A DNA stretch of 64,000 nt from an uncultured Candidatus Binatia bacterium (GCA_965200965.1 OZ241744.1:1120001-1184000); one strand, 5' to 3'; positions 39,006 through 47,786 are shown, numbered from the stretch's first letter. Translations and numbers: made by a program. Notes: generated from the letters alone by a model not told the origin.

Positions 39006-42000
39006 TGAGGGACGCCCGGCAGGGGCCGCCCCGGCCCGCCTCGCTCCGGCAACGCCACGTCCACCGCCCAGCCCCCGCCCGCCTCAGCGACCTGCCCGGT
39101 GCGCAGCCGTGCCAGAGGATAGGAGGGCAGTTGTACCGTCGCCAGACACTTGTCAGCAAACCGCGCCGCCTGCTGTACATGCGGCATGGCGTGCCACCCG
39201 TCAAAACCGAAATCCAGGACCGTAAACCCCAAGGACCGCCGCGCAGCGGCCAGCACCGCCCGGTCCCGGGGGAAGACCTCCAGGAAGAAGAGCCCTTGCG
39301 TGTCCGCCCGCTGACACCCCGCTTTGACATACGTCAAGGTCCGCCCCTCCAGGTAGAGGGCAAAGGCAGAGCGGGCCACCGGCGGGGCCGCCACCACCGC
39401 CCGGTACCGTGCCTAAGCAGGTCGGTCGTGCGCACGCCAGCAGCCGACCACGCCAGGGCAACGTGCCAGCGATCCACGCCCTCGAGGGTGATCACACGGG
39501 CTTCAAGCGTTTGGATCGCATACGGGGGCAGCGGATGCCGGAGCAGACACGTCCCGTCAAGGGAGGCCCCGTAATCGGCAAAGCGGAAGGGCAGGATCTC
39601 ACGGCCTGCCCCCGGCCGCCACCGGGGGCGACCGGCAGCAGCAGCGGGGTCCACGGGCACCACATAGACCACGAAGCGCCCCTGCACATCGGCCGGCCGG
39701 CAGGGGGCCTTCACCCAACTCAAGGTGGCCCCCTCCCGGTACAGGTCAAACGCCGAGCGGAGCAGGGGCCGCCCCGCGGTGGTGGCCCGGTAGAGTTGCC
39801 GGTAGCGCTCGGCGGTGGCCCCGTCCACCGGGTCAAGCACGCGCTCGGTCGCAGTCACCCCAGCAGGGGTCCACTCAATGTCGACGTGCAGGCGCTCTAT
39901 GTCCCCGGGGGCGACCATGTGGACTTCAAGGGCCCGAATCGCATAGGGGGGCAGCGGACGCCGGAGCAGACACGTCCCGTCAAGGTAGGCCCCGTAATCG
40001 GAGAAGTCGAAATGCAGGATCTCACGGCCTGCCCCCGGCCGCCACCCGGGGCGGCCGGCAGCGGCAGCAGGGTCCACGGGTATGACATCGACCGCGAAGC
40101 GCCCCTGCACATCGGCCGGCCGGCAGGGGGCCTTCACCCAACTCAAGGTGGCCCCCTCCAGGTACAGGTCAAACGCCGAGCGGAGCAGGGGCCGCCCGGC
40201 GGTGGTGGCCCGGTAGAGTTGCCGGTAGCGCTCGGCGGTGGCCGCCACCACCGGGTTAAGCACGCGCTCGGTCGCAGTCACCCCAGCAGGGGTCCACTCA
40301 ATGTCGACGTGCAGGCGCTCTATGTCCCCGGGGGCGACCATATGGACTTCCAGGGCCCGGATCGCATAGGGGGGCAGCGGATGCCGGAGCAGACACGTCC
40401 CGTCAAGGTAGGCCCCGTAATCGGAGAAGTCGAAATGCAGGATCTCACGGCCTGCCCCCGGCCGCCACCCGGGGCGGCCGGCAGCAGCAGCAGGGTCCAC
40501 GGGTATGACATCGACCGTGAAACGCCCCTGCACATCGGCCAAGTTACAGGGGGCCTTCACCCAGCTCAAGGTGGCCCCCTCCCGGTACAGGTCAAACGCC
40601 GAGCGGAACAGGGGCGGCCCGGCGGTGGTGGCCCGGTACAGTTGCCGGTAGCGCTCGGCGGTGGCCGCATCCACCGGGTCAGGCACGCGCTCGGTCGCAG
40701 TCACCCCAGCAGGGCTCCACCCAATGTCGACGTGCCAGTCAATGTCGACGTGCCAGTGATCTGCTCTCCCTTTCCCGGGGGTGATCAGGCGGACTTCAAG
40801 GGCGTGGATCGGATAGGGGGGCAGCGGGTGCCGGAGCAGGCACGCCCCGTCAACGCGGACCCCGTAATCGAAAAAGTCGAAATGCAGGACCTCAGCGGCA
40901 GCGGGGTCCACGGGCACGACATGGACCACGAAGCGCCCCTGCATATCGGCCGGCCGGCAGGGGGCCTTCACCCAACTCAGGGTGCTCCCGTCCAGGTACA
41001 GGTCAAACACCGAGCGGAGCAGGGGTGGCCCCGCGGTGGTGGCCCGGTAGAGTTGCCGGTAGCGCTCGGCGGTGGCCGCATCCACCACGGCCGGGTCGAT
41101 CGCGCTCACCGTGAAGATGGTGTTGTTGTAGACTTGGCGGGCGTAGACAATGGGTACGAAGGAGCGATCACGGCTCTTGTCCCACGGGTTGGACATGTGC
41201 TCGGTCACATGAAAGTCCCCCTCCTCCTCCTCCACTCCGTCGGCAAGGATGATGCGACGCCGGGCTGCCTTGGGCAGGATAGCCCGGTTCATGATGTCCG
41301 GAGAGATGCGGTCCGGCACTAGAGAGATGGGTGAGGCCGGATAGCGTTGAAGCAGATATTCCAGCCCCTCCCGGTACGCCATCCGCCAGGGGTCCATGTC
41401 ATACTGCCCACGCAGATACTCGGGCGTACTCCGGTCCACCAGCCGGTTGAAATAGAGGTGCTGGTAGGGATGAAGCCCAACCATTTCGATGACCACGCCA
41501 GCCAGGCCAGCCACGGCCAAGCCATAGACACCGGCCCGCAGGGCCGGCCAGCGGCATACGCCAGCCAGCCGCCGCAGACCAGCCACGGCCAGCAGACACA
41601 GCGGGGCGTAGAGGAAATACATCTGCCGCCAGCCGTCGTAGACATTGGCATTGAGGACGATGACGGCCCCAACGGGCAGGAGCACGCAGGCCACGAGCAG
41701 GCCCTCAAAGCGGGTGGTGGGGTTGCGGAGCAACTCGCCGGGGTGGGTCAGAGTCCGCCAGAGCACGCCAGCCGCCCCGATGAGACTCAGCAGCAGCACG
41801 CCCGGCGGGGTGGTGATGGCCAGCCAGGTCGGAATGTAGTGCGCCGGAAGGTACGGCCAACTGATGAACTCGCCTTGAAAGAGCATAGTAGGACGGGTAG
41901 GGTGCTGGCCGAGGACTGCAATCGCGTCAAGCAATTCCAAGGGATTGCCCCACAGATAGGGCGAGACCGCATACAGCGTCAAGGCACTGGCCAGCCCGAA

Positions 42001-42717
42001 CACCCCCAGCGTCCTCCCCACCTGCCGCCGTTCCGCCCGACTCCCCACTCGCACCCAATCCACCACCCGCATCACCACCACCGCCACAAACAATCCCCCG
42101 CCCATGATGCGTAAGTTCGTTGCGACCCCCACCCCCACCCCACACAGCGCATACGCTCCCACCCCCCCCCGCTGCCACGCCCGATGAATCAGGGCCAGAC
42201 AGCCCAGGAAGGCCACCAGGAAGGGAATGTCCTTGGTGTTGAAAAACGAGTGGGCATACAGCCGGGGATGGAGCACGAAGAGGCCGAGGGCCAGCAGGGC
42301 CAGCCAGCGGCTGCCGAACAGCCGGGAGGCCAGCCAGGCCGCGCCCCCGCCGCCGGCCAGAAAGCAGAGGTGGGAGAGCAGATGGCGGCTCAAGTAGATG
42401 GCGCGGCTGTCGGTGAGACCCAGCAGCCGCTCAACCAGCACCAGCGGCACTTCGAAGACAACGCCGTAGTAGCGGTTGTGGGGGGGACTGGGGGGGCGCA
42501 GGGTCTCGGTGTCGCCCAGCGCATAGGCGACTGCCGCCTGGCCGATCCCACGTTGACCCGGATCGTCCCGCCCCACCCCGTAATCGTCAACAACGGCCAG
42601 ACCCACCACGGCCAGGACGGCCAGGGCCAGCAGGACACTGTGGCGGGCCACGAAGGCCACCGCCGCCGTGCCCCAGCTGGCCACGGACCGGGGAACAGAG
42701 GGACGCCCGCTGGTCAT
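39002..42717 (-). CDS. Array copy C2: GT-C glycosyltransferase with 4 internal modules; terminal module separated by a 1-nt frameshift
   Basis: ORF 39334..42717 (1127 aa) plus 39002..39397. gcctaagcag at 39411 replaces the consensus gcctcaagcag. Confidence 0.85.
39420..41080 (-). repeat. Intragenic ~423-bp module x4 in C2
   Basis: ATAERYRQLYRATTAG occurs four times; shadow ORFs at 39897 and 40320 are offset by 423; 18-bp tandem duplication at 40722-40757 (HVDIDWHVDIGW). Confidence 0.92.
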
Positions 42718-45173
42718 TGAGAGACTCCCGGCAGGGGTCGCCCCGCCCCGCCTCGCTCCGGCAACGCCATGTCCACCGCCCAGCCCCGGCCCGCCTCAGC
42801 AACCTGCCCAGTACGGAGACGCGCCAGAGGATAGGCGGGCAGCCGCACCGTCGCCAGACACTTGTCAGCAAACCGCGCCGCCTGCTGTACATGCGGCATG
42901 GCGTGCCGCCACCAGTCGTCAAAACTAAAATCCAGGACCGCAAACCCCAAGGACCGCTGCGCAGCGGCCAGCACCGCCCGCTCCCGGGGGAAGACCTCCA
43001 GGAAGAAGCGCCCCCGTGTGTCCGCCCGCTGACACCCCGCTTTGACATACGTCAGGGTCCGCCCCTCCAGGTACAGGGCAAAGGCAGAGCGGGCCACCGG
43101 CGGGGCCGCCACCACCGCCCGGTATCGCGCCTCAAGCAGGTCGGTGGCGCGCACGCCAGCAGCCGACCACGCCAGGGCGACGTGCCAGCGATCCACGCCC
43201 CCGGGGGTGATCAGGCGGGCTTCAAGCGTTTGGATCGCATACGGGGGCAGCGGATGCCGGATCAGACACGCCCCGTCAAGGTGGACCCCGTAATCGGAGA
43301 AGTCGAAATGCCGGATCTCACGGCTTGGCCCCGGCCGCCACCCGGGGCGGCCGGCAGCGGCAGCGGGGTCCACGGGCACGACATAGACCACGAAGCGCCC
43401 CCGCACATCGTCCGGACGACAGGGGGCCTTCACCCAGCTCAAGGTGTCCCCGTCCCGGTACAGGTCAAACGCCGAGCGGAGCAGGGGCCGCCCGGCGGTG
43501 GTGGCCCGGTAGAACTGCCGGTAGCGCTCGGCGGTGGCCCCGTCCACCAGGGCCGGGTCGATCGCGAGCACCGTGAGGATGGTGTTGTTGTAGACTTGAC
43601 GGGTGTAGACAACGGGTGCGAAGGGGCGATCAAAACTGGACACATGATTGGTCATATAAAAGTCCCCCTCCTCCTCCTCCTCTATTCCGTCAGCGAAGAC
43701 AATGCGACGCCGGGCTGCCTTGGGCAGGATACCCCGGTTCATGGTGTACGCATGGATGTTGATATAGTCCGTCACTAGAGAGATGGGTGAGGCGGGCTGA
43801 CGCTGAAGCAGATATTCCAGCCCCTCCCGGTGCGCCGTCAGCCAGTAGTCCATGTCATACTGCCCACGCAGATACTCGGGCGTGCGCCGGTCCACCAGCC
43901 GGTTGAAATAGATCTGCTGGTAGGGATGAAGCCCAACCATTTCGATGACCAGGCCAGCCACGCCAGCCACGGCCAAGCCATAGACACCGGCCCGCAGGGC
44001 TGGCCAGCGACACACGCCAGCCAGCCGCCGCAGACCAGCCACGGCCAGCAGACACAACGGAGCGTAGAGGAAATACATGTGCCGCCAGCCACTGTAGACA
44101 TTGGCATTCAGGACGATGACGGCCCCAACGGGCAGGAGCACGCAGGCCACGAGCAGGCCCTCAAAGCGGGTGGTGGGGTTGCGGAGCAACTCGCCGGGGT
44201 GGGTCAGAGTCCGCCAGAGCACGCCAGCCGCCCCGATGAGGCTCAGCAGCAGCACGCCCGGCGGGGTGGTGATGGCCAGCCAAGTCGGAATGTAGTGCGC
44301 CGGAATGGCCGGCCAACTGATGAACTCGCCTTGAAAGAGCATAGTAGGACGGTAAGGGCGCTGGGAGAGGACTGCAATCGCGTCAAGCAGCTCCAAGGGA
44401 TTGCCCCACAGATAGGGCGAGACCGCATACAGCGTCAAGACACTGGCCAGCCCGAACACCCCCAGCGTCCTCCCCACCTGCCGCCGTTCCGCCCGACTCC
44501 CCGCTCGCACCCAATCCACTACCCGCATCACCATCACCGCCACAAACAATCCCCCACCCATGATGCGTAAGTTCGTTGCGACCCCCACCCCCACCCCACA
44601 CAGCGCATACGCCCCCCCCCCCCCCCGCTGCCACGCCCGGTGAATCAGGGCCAGACAGCCCAGGAAGGCCACCAGGAAGGGAATGTCCTTGGTGTTGAAA
44701 AACGAGTGGGCATACAGCCGGGGATGGAGCACGAAGAGGCCGAGGGCCAGCAGGGCCAGCCAGCGGCTGCCGAACAGCCGGGAGGCCAGCCAGGCCGCCC
44801 CCCCGCCGCCAGCCAGAAAGCACAGGTGGGTGAGCAGATGGCGGCTCAAGTGGATGGCGCGGCTGTCGGTGAGATCCAGCAGCCGCTCAACCAGCACCAG
44901 CGGTACTTCGAAGACGACACCGTAGTAGCGGTTCTGGGGGGGACCGGGGGGGCGCAGGGTCTCGGTCTCGCCCAGCGCATAGGCGATTGCCGCCTGGCCG
45001 ATCCCGTGTTGCTGATCCCCGTCCAACCCCACCGCGTAATCGTCAAGGACGGCCAGTCCCACCACAACCAGGACCGCCAGGGCCAGCGGGACACCATGGG
45101 CGGCCACGAAGGCCACCGCCGCCGTGGACCAGCGGGCCACGCCCCGGAGGACGGAGGGACGCCTGCTTGTCAT
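42714..45173 (-). CDS. Array copy C1: GT-C glycosyltransferase (819 aa)
   Basis: ATG 45173 overlaps the TGA of the upstream GT2 remnant; carries an uninterrupted in-frame C15 tract at 44612-44626. Confidence 0.92.
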   Translation of the reverse strand: MTSRRPSVLRGVARWSTAAVAFVAAHGVPLALAVLVVVGLAVLDDYAVGLDGDQQHGIGQAAIAYALGETETLRPPGPPQNRYYGVVFEVPLVLVERLLDLTDSRAIHLSRHLLTHLCFLAGGGGAAWLASRLFGSRWLALLALGLFVLHPRLYAHSFFNTKDIPFLVAFLGCLALIHRAWQRGGGGAYALCGVGVGVATNLRIMGGGLFVAVMVMRVVDWVRAGSRAERRQVGRTLGVFGLASVLTLYAVSPYLWGNPLELLDAIAVLSQRPYRPTMLFQGEFISWPAIPAHYIPTWLAITTPPGVLLLSLIGAAGVLWRTLTHPGELLRNPTTRFEGLLVACVLLPVGAVIVLNANVYSGWRHMYFLYAPLCLLAVAGLRRLAGVCRWPALRAGVYGLAVAGVAGLVIEMVGLHPYQQIYFNRLVDRRTPEYLRGQYDMDYWLTAHREGLEYLLQRQPASPISLVTDYINIHAYTMNRGILPKAARRRIVFADGIEEEEEGDFYMTNHVSSFDRPFAPVVYTRQVYNNTILTVLAIDPALVDGATAERYRQFYRATTAGRPLLRSAFDLYRDGDTLSWVKAPCRPDDVRGRFVVYVVPVDPAAAAGRPGWRPGPSREIRHFDFSDYGVHLDGACLIRHPLPPYAIQTLEARLITPGGVDRWHVALAWSAAGVRATDLLEARYRAVVAAPPVARSAFALYLEGRTLTYVKAGCQRADTRGRFFLEVFPRERAVLAAAQRSLGFAVLDFSFDDWWRHAMPHVQQAARFADKCLATVRLPAYPLARLRTGQVAEAGRGWAVDMALPERGGAGRPLPGVSQ

Positions 45174-45786
45174 TGAGAGACTCCCGGCAGGGGCCGCCCA
45201 GCCCCGCCTCGCTCGGGGAACAGAATGGCGATGAACAGCGCTGCCCAGCCGCTGACCCATACATCGCCGAAGAGGCAGATGACCGGCACAGAGACGACCC
45301 CCACCAATGCCAGCCCGGTGGCGAGCAAGCCCAGCCACGTCGCCACCCGCAGGGGAGCTAAGGAGAACAACACAATGGCGTCAGTGGCAAAGTGGAGCAT
45401 CTTCTGGAGCGGCCATTGAGTATCACCCACGGCCCGGACCGCCCGTCGGTAAAGAACCGCCTCCTGACGGAAGCCTGTCCAGGCCACCATGCCGCGCACG
45501 AAACGGTTGCGTTCCGGCATGGTCAGGAAGGCGTCCACCACCGCGCGGTCCATCAGCCGGAAATCCCCAGTGTCGAGCTGAGGGCAGCCACCAGACGGCG
45601 GTGCGTCTCGGTCAGGACCACTTCCTCGTTGAAGCAGGGGACAACCACAGACAGGAGAGCGCAGGTTCCGGCGCTGGACGTCTTCCGCACTTCGCTGCAG
45701 GTGAACTCCCTCGTCCAAACCTCGTCTCCACCGCAAACACACTCAGTTCTGATAGCGGCGACATCTCCCATTACTCTGCTCGTCAA
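45170..45786 (-). pseudogene. GtrB/YfdH-like polyprenyl-phosphate glycosyltransferase (GT2), internally deleted and 3'-truncated
   Basis: LSVVVPCFNEE..THRRLVAAL in one frame abuts LDTGDFRLMDRAVVDAF..PERNRFVRGMVAWTGFRQ in another at about 45578. The DxD core is missing and the C-terminus is replaced by the array tail PERGGAGRPLPGVSQ. Confidence 0.88.
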
Positions 45787-47633
45787 TCCAACTCAAACGC
45801 CTCCGCATGGGCATGGCGGAGCGCCGGGTTCTGCGCCGTCTTGCGCAGAAAACAGTTGCCGATGGCCAGGCAATCAAGGTCGGTGCCCATGAAGCAGCGG
45901 AAGGCGTCTGTGGGCGTACACACGATAGGCTCGCCGCGCACATTGAAGCTGGTGTTCACCAACACCGGGCAGCCCGTCTTGGCCTTGAACGCTTCAAGCA
46001 GCGCCCAGTAGTGGGGATTGGTCTCACGGTGGACGGTCTGCACGCGGGCAGAATAATCGACATGCGTCACCGCGGGAATGTCCGAGCGCGGGATGTGCAA
46101 CAGGGCAATGCCGGACAGGGCACGCTGCGCCTCAGTCGCCGTCCTGCGTCGCTCTGGCTTCACGTCGGCGGCCAGCAGCATGTAGGGGCTGTCGCGGTCA
46201 AGCGCGAACCAGTCGGCCACATCAGCCCGCAGCACGCTCGGCGCAAAGGGGCGGAAGGACTCGCGGTGTTTGACCTTGAGATTGAGCGTCTTTTGCATGG
46301 CGGGCGAACGCGCGTCGGCCAGGATGGAACGGTTGCCCAAGGCGCGCGGCCCAAACTCCATCCGCCCCTGGAACCAGCCTATCGCTTTGCCCGTGGCCAG
46401 CGCCTCGGCTGTGACGTTGATCAGCGCGTCGGCCGTCAAGGTCTCGTAGCACGCGCCGGCCGCGTCCAGCGCCGCGCGGATCTCATCCGGGCCGAACTCG
46501 GGGCCGAGAAAAGCCCCCTGCATGGCGTCGCCAGTTGCCCCACGGTTCGCCCCCTCACAGTGGCGCGGCTCGCCGAACAGGCGATGACCGGCCACCAGCG
46601 CGGCACCCAGCGCGCCCCCGGCATCGCCCGCTGCCGGCTGCACCCAGATGTCCTCAAACTTGCCGTCTCGCGCCACCTTGCCGTTGGCCACGCAGTTGAG
46701 CGCCACGCCGCCGGCCAGACACAGATGCGGGATGCCGGTCTCGGCCCGCAGCGAGCGGGTCAGCCTCAGCACCGCTTCCTCAACCACCGCCTGCGCCGAG
46801 GCCGCCAAGTCCATGTGCCGCTGCGTCAGGGGTTCCTCCGGCGTGCGCGCCGGGCCGCCGAACAGCGCGTTGAAGCGGGTGTTGGTCATGGTCAGCCCGG
46901 TGCAGTAGTTGAAGTAGTCAAGGTTGAGGCGGAAAGTGCCATCGGCCTTCAGGTCAATCAGGTGGTCAAGAATAGTACGGGCGTAGGTCGGCTCGCCGTA
47001 GGGTGCCAGGCCCATCAGCTTGTATTCGCCGGCATTAACCTTGAAGCCGGTGTAAAAGGTGAAGGCCGAGTAGAGCAGCCCCAGGGAGTGCGGGAAGTGG
47101 AGTTCGCGGATGATCGCCAACTCGTTGCCGTGGCCGATGCCGACCGAGGTCGTGGCCCATTCGCCCACTCCGTCCAGGGTCAGCACCACCGCATCGCGGA
47201 ACGGAGACGGATAGAACGCGCTTGCCGCGTGCGCCTGATGGTGCTCGGCAAACAGCAGCCTGGCGTTCCAGTCCACATCCGGGGCGAGTCCTTGCAGCTT
47301 CCGGCGCAGTAGGCTCTTCTGAAACAGCTTCTCTTTGATCCACAGCGGGGCGGCCATGCTGAACGAGCGGAAGCCGCGCGGCGCAAAGGCCACATAGGTT
47401 TCGAGCAGCCGCTCGAACTTGAGGAAGGGCTTGTCGTAGAACGCCACCCGGTCAATGGCCGCGGGGGGCAGGCCAGCCTGATCGAGACAGGCGGCAATGG
47501 CCTTGGCCGGATAGCCGGAATCGTGCTTCCTGCGGGTGAAGCGCTCCTCCTGGGCCGCGGCGACAATCCGCCCGCCATCCACCAAGGCTGCGGCGCTGTC
47601 GTGATAGAAGGCCGAGAGACCGAGAATGCGCAT
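45783..47633 (-). CDS. O-carbamoyltransferase, NodU/CmcH (SxtI-like) family
   Basis: 616 aa; ILGLSAFYHDSAAAL, EERFTRRKH, EHHQAHAASAF, DGVGE, GGVALNCVANG, EFGPRALGNRSIL, RESFRPFAP, NTSFNVRGEPIV. Confidence 0.96.
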   Translation of the reverse strand: MRILGLSAFYHDSAAALVDGGRIVAAAQEERFTRRKHDSGYPAKAIAACLDQAGLPPAAIDRVAFYDKPFLKFERLLETYVAFAPRGFRSFSMAAPLWIKEKLFQKSLLRRKLQGLAPDVDWNARLLFAEHHQAHAASAFYPSPFRDAVVLTLDGVGEWATTSVGIGHGNELAIIRELHFPHSLGLLYSAFTFYTGFKVNAGEYKLMGLAPYGEPTYARTILDHLIDLKADGTFRLNLDYFNYCTGLTMTNTRFNALFGGPARTPEEPLTQRHMDLAASAQAVVEEAVLRLTRSLRAETGIPHLCLAGGVALNCVANGKVARDGKFEDIWVQPAAGDAGGALGAALVAGHRLFGEPRHCEGANRGATGDAMQGAFLGPEFGPDEIRAALDAAGACYETLTADALINVTAEALATGKAIGWFQGRMEFGPRALGNRSILADARSPAMQKTLNLKVKHRESFRPFAPSVLRADVADWFALDRDSPYMLLAADVKPERRRTATEAQRALSGIALLHIPRSDIPAVTHVDYSARVQTVHRETNPHYWALLEAFKAKTGCPVLVNTSFNVRGEPIVCTPTDAFRCFMGTDLDCLAIGNCFLRKTAQNPALRHAHAEAFELD

Positions 47634-47636
47634 AGT

Positions 47637-47786
47637 TCAAAAGAGCGTGTAGATCATCGGCGCGACCGCGCTGCTCTGGGCCAGCATAATCAGCCAGCCC
47701 AGCACCAGCATGGTGACAATGACCGGCAACAGCCAGTATTTTTTGCGCACCCGCAGAAAGGCCCAGAATTCGTACAGAAAAGACAT
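47637..47786 (-). CDS. DUF5989/SxtK-like small membrane protein (49 aa), absent from the ORF track
   Basis: Manual translation gives MSFLYEFWAFLRVRKKYWLLPVIVTMLVLGWLIMLAQSSAVAPMIYTLF*. GAGGTG RBS upstream; canonical position between SxtJ and the carbamoyltransferase. Confidence 0.92.
   Translation of the reverse strand: MSFLYEFWAFLRVRKKYWLLPVIVTMLVLGWLIMLAQSSAVAPMIYTLF

Larger units (their letters stand above)
11749..45217 (-). repeat. Tandem head-to-tail array of 13 paralogous GT-C glycosyltransferase genes (unit about 1.7-3.7 kb, mostly about 2.45 kb)
   Basis: The junction CCGGGAGTC(T/C)CTCAATGA (minus strand; one variant at C2/C3) recurs, giving ATG starts at 45173, 42717, 39005, 36558, 34084, 31640, 28779, 26311, 23870, 21387, 18112, 15966 and 14272. 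Long peptide stretches such as HPRLYAHSFFNTKDIPFL are essentially identical in all copies. Confidence 0.98.

Noticed and set aside
11749-45173. Diversity-generating retroelement as the source of the variable loops
   Set aside because: No reverse transcriptase or template repeat in the window. Variation includes indels and multiple separate loops rather than adenine-only substitutions in one C-terminal region.
11749-45173. CRISPR array or insertion-sequence repeats
   Set aside because: The repeats are kilobase-scale coding units; no short repeat-spacer periodicity, cas genes, transposase or terminal inverted repeats were seen.
11749-45173. Pure assembly artefact (one gene repeated)
   Set aside because: Each copy has private loop alleles and module counts, and the two ends are distinct and joined to unique flanks. 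Exact order and mosaic joins still need long-read confirmation.
11929-45361. Recurrent long plus-strand and alternate-frame ORFs (e.g. 39409..41322, 21201..22481, the MNQGQTAQ and MLEQIFQP families)
   Set aside because: Antisense or frame shadows of GC-rich genes. They recur only because the sense gene is repeated, have low-complexity Pro/Arg/Gly composition and vary in their endpoints.
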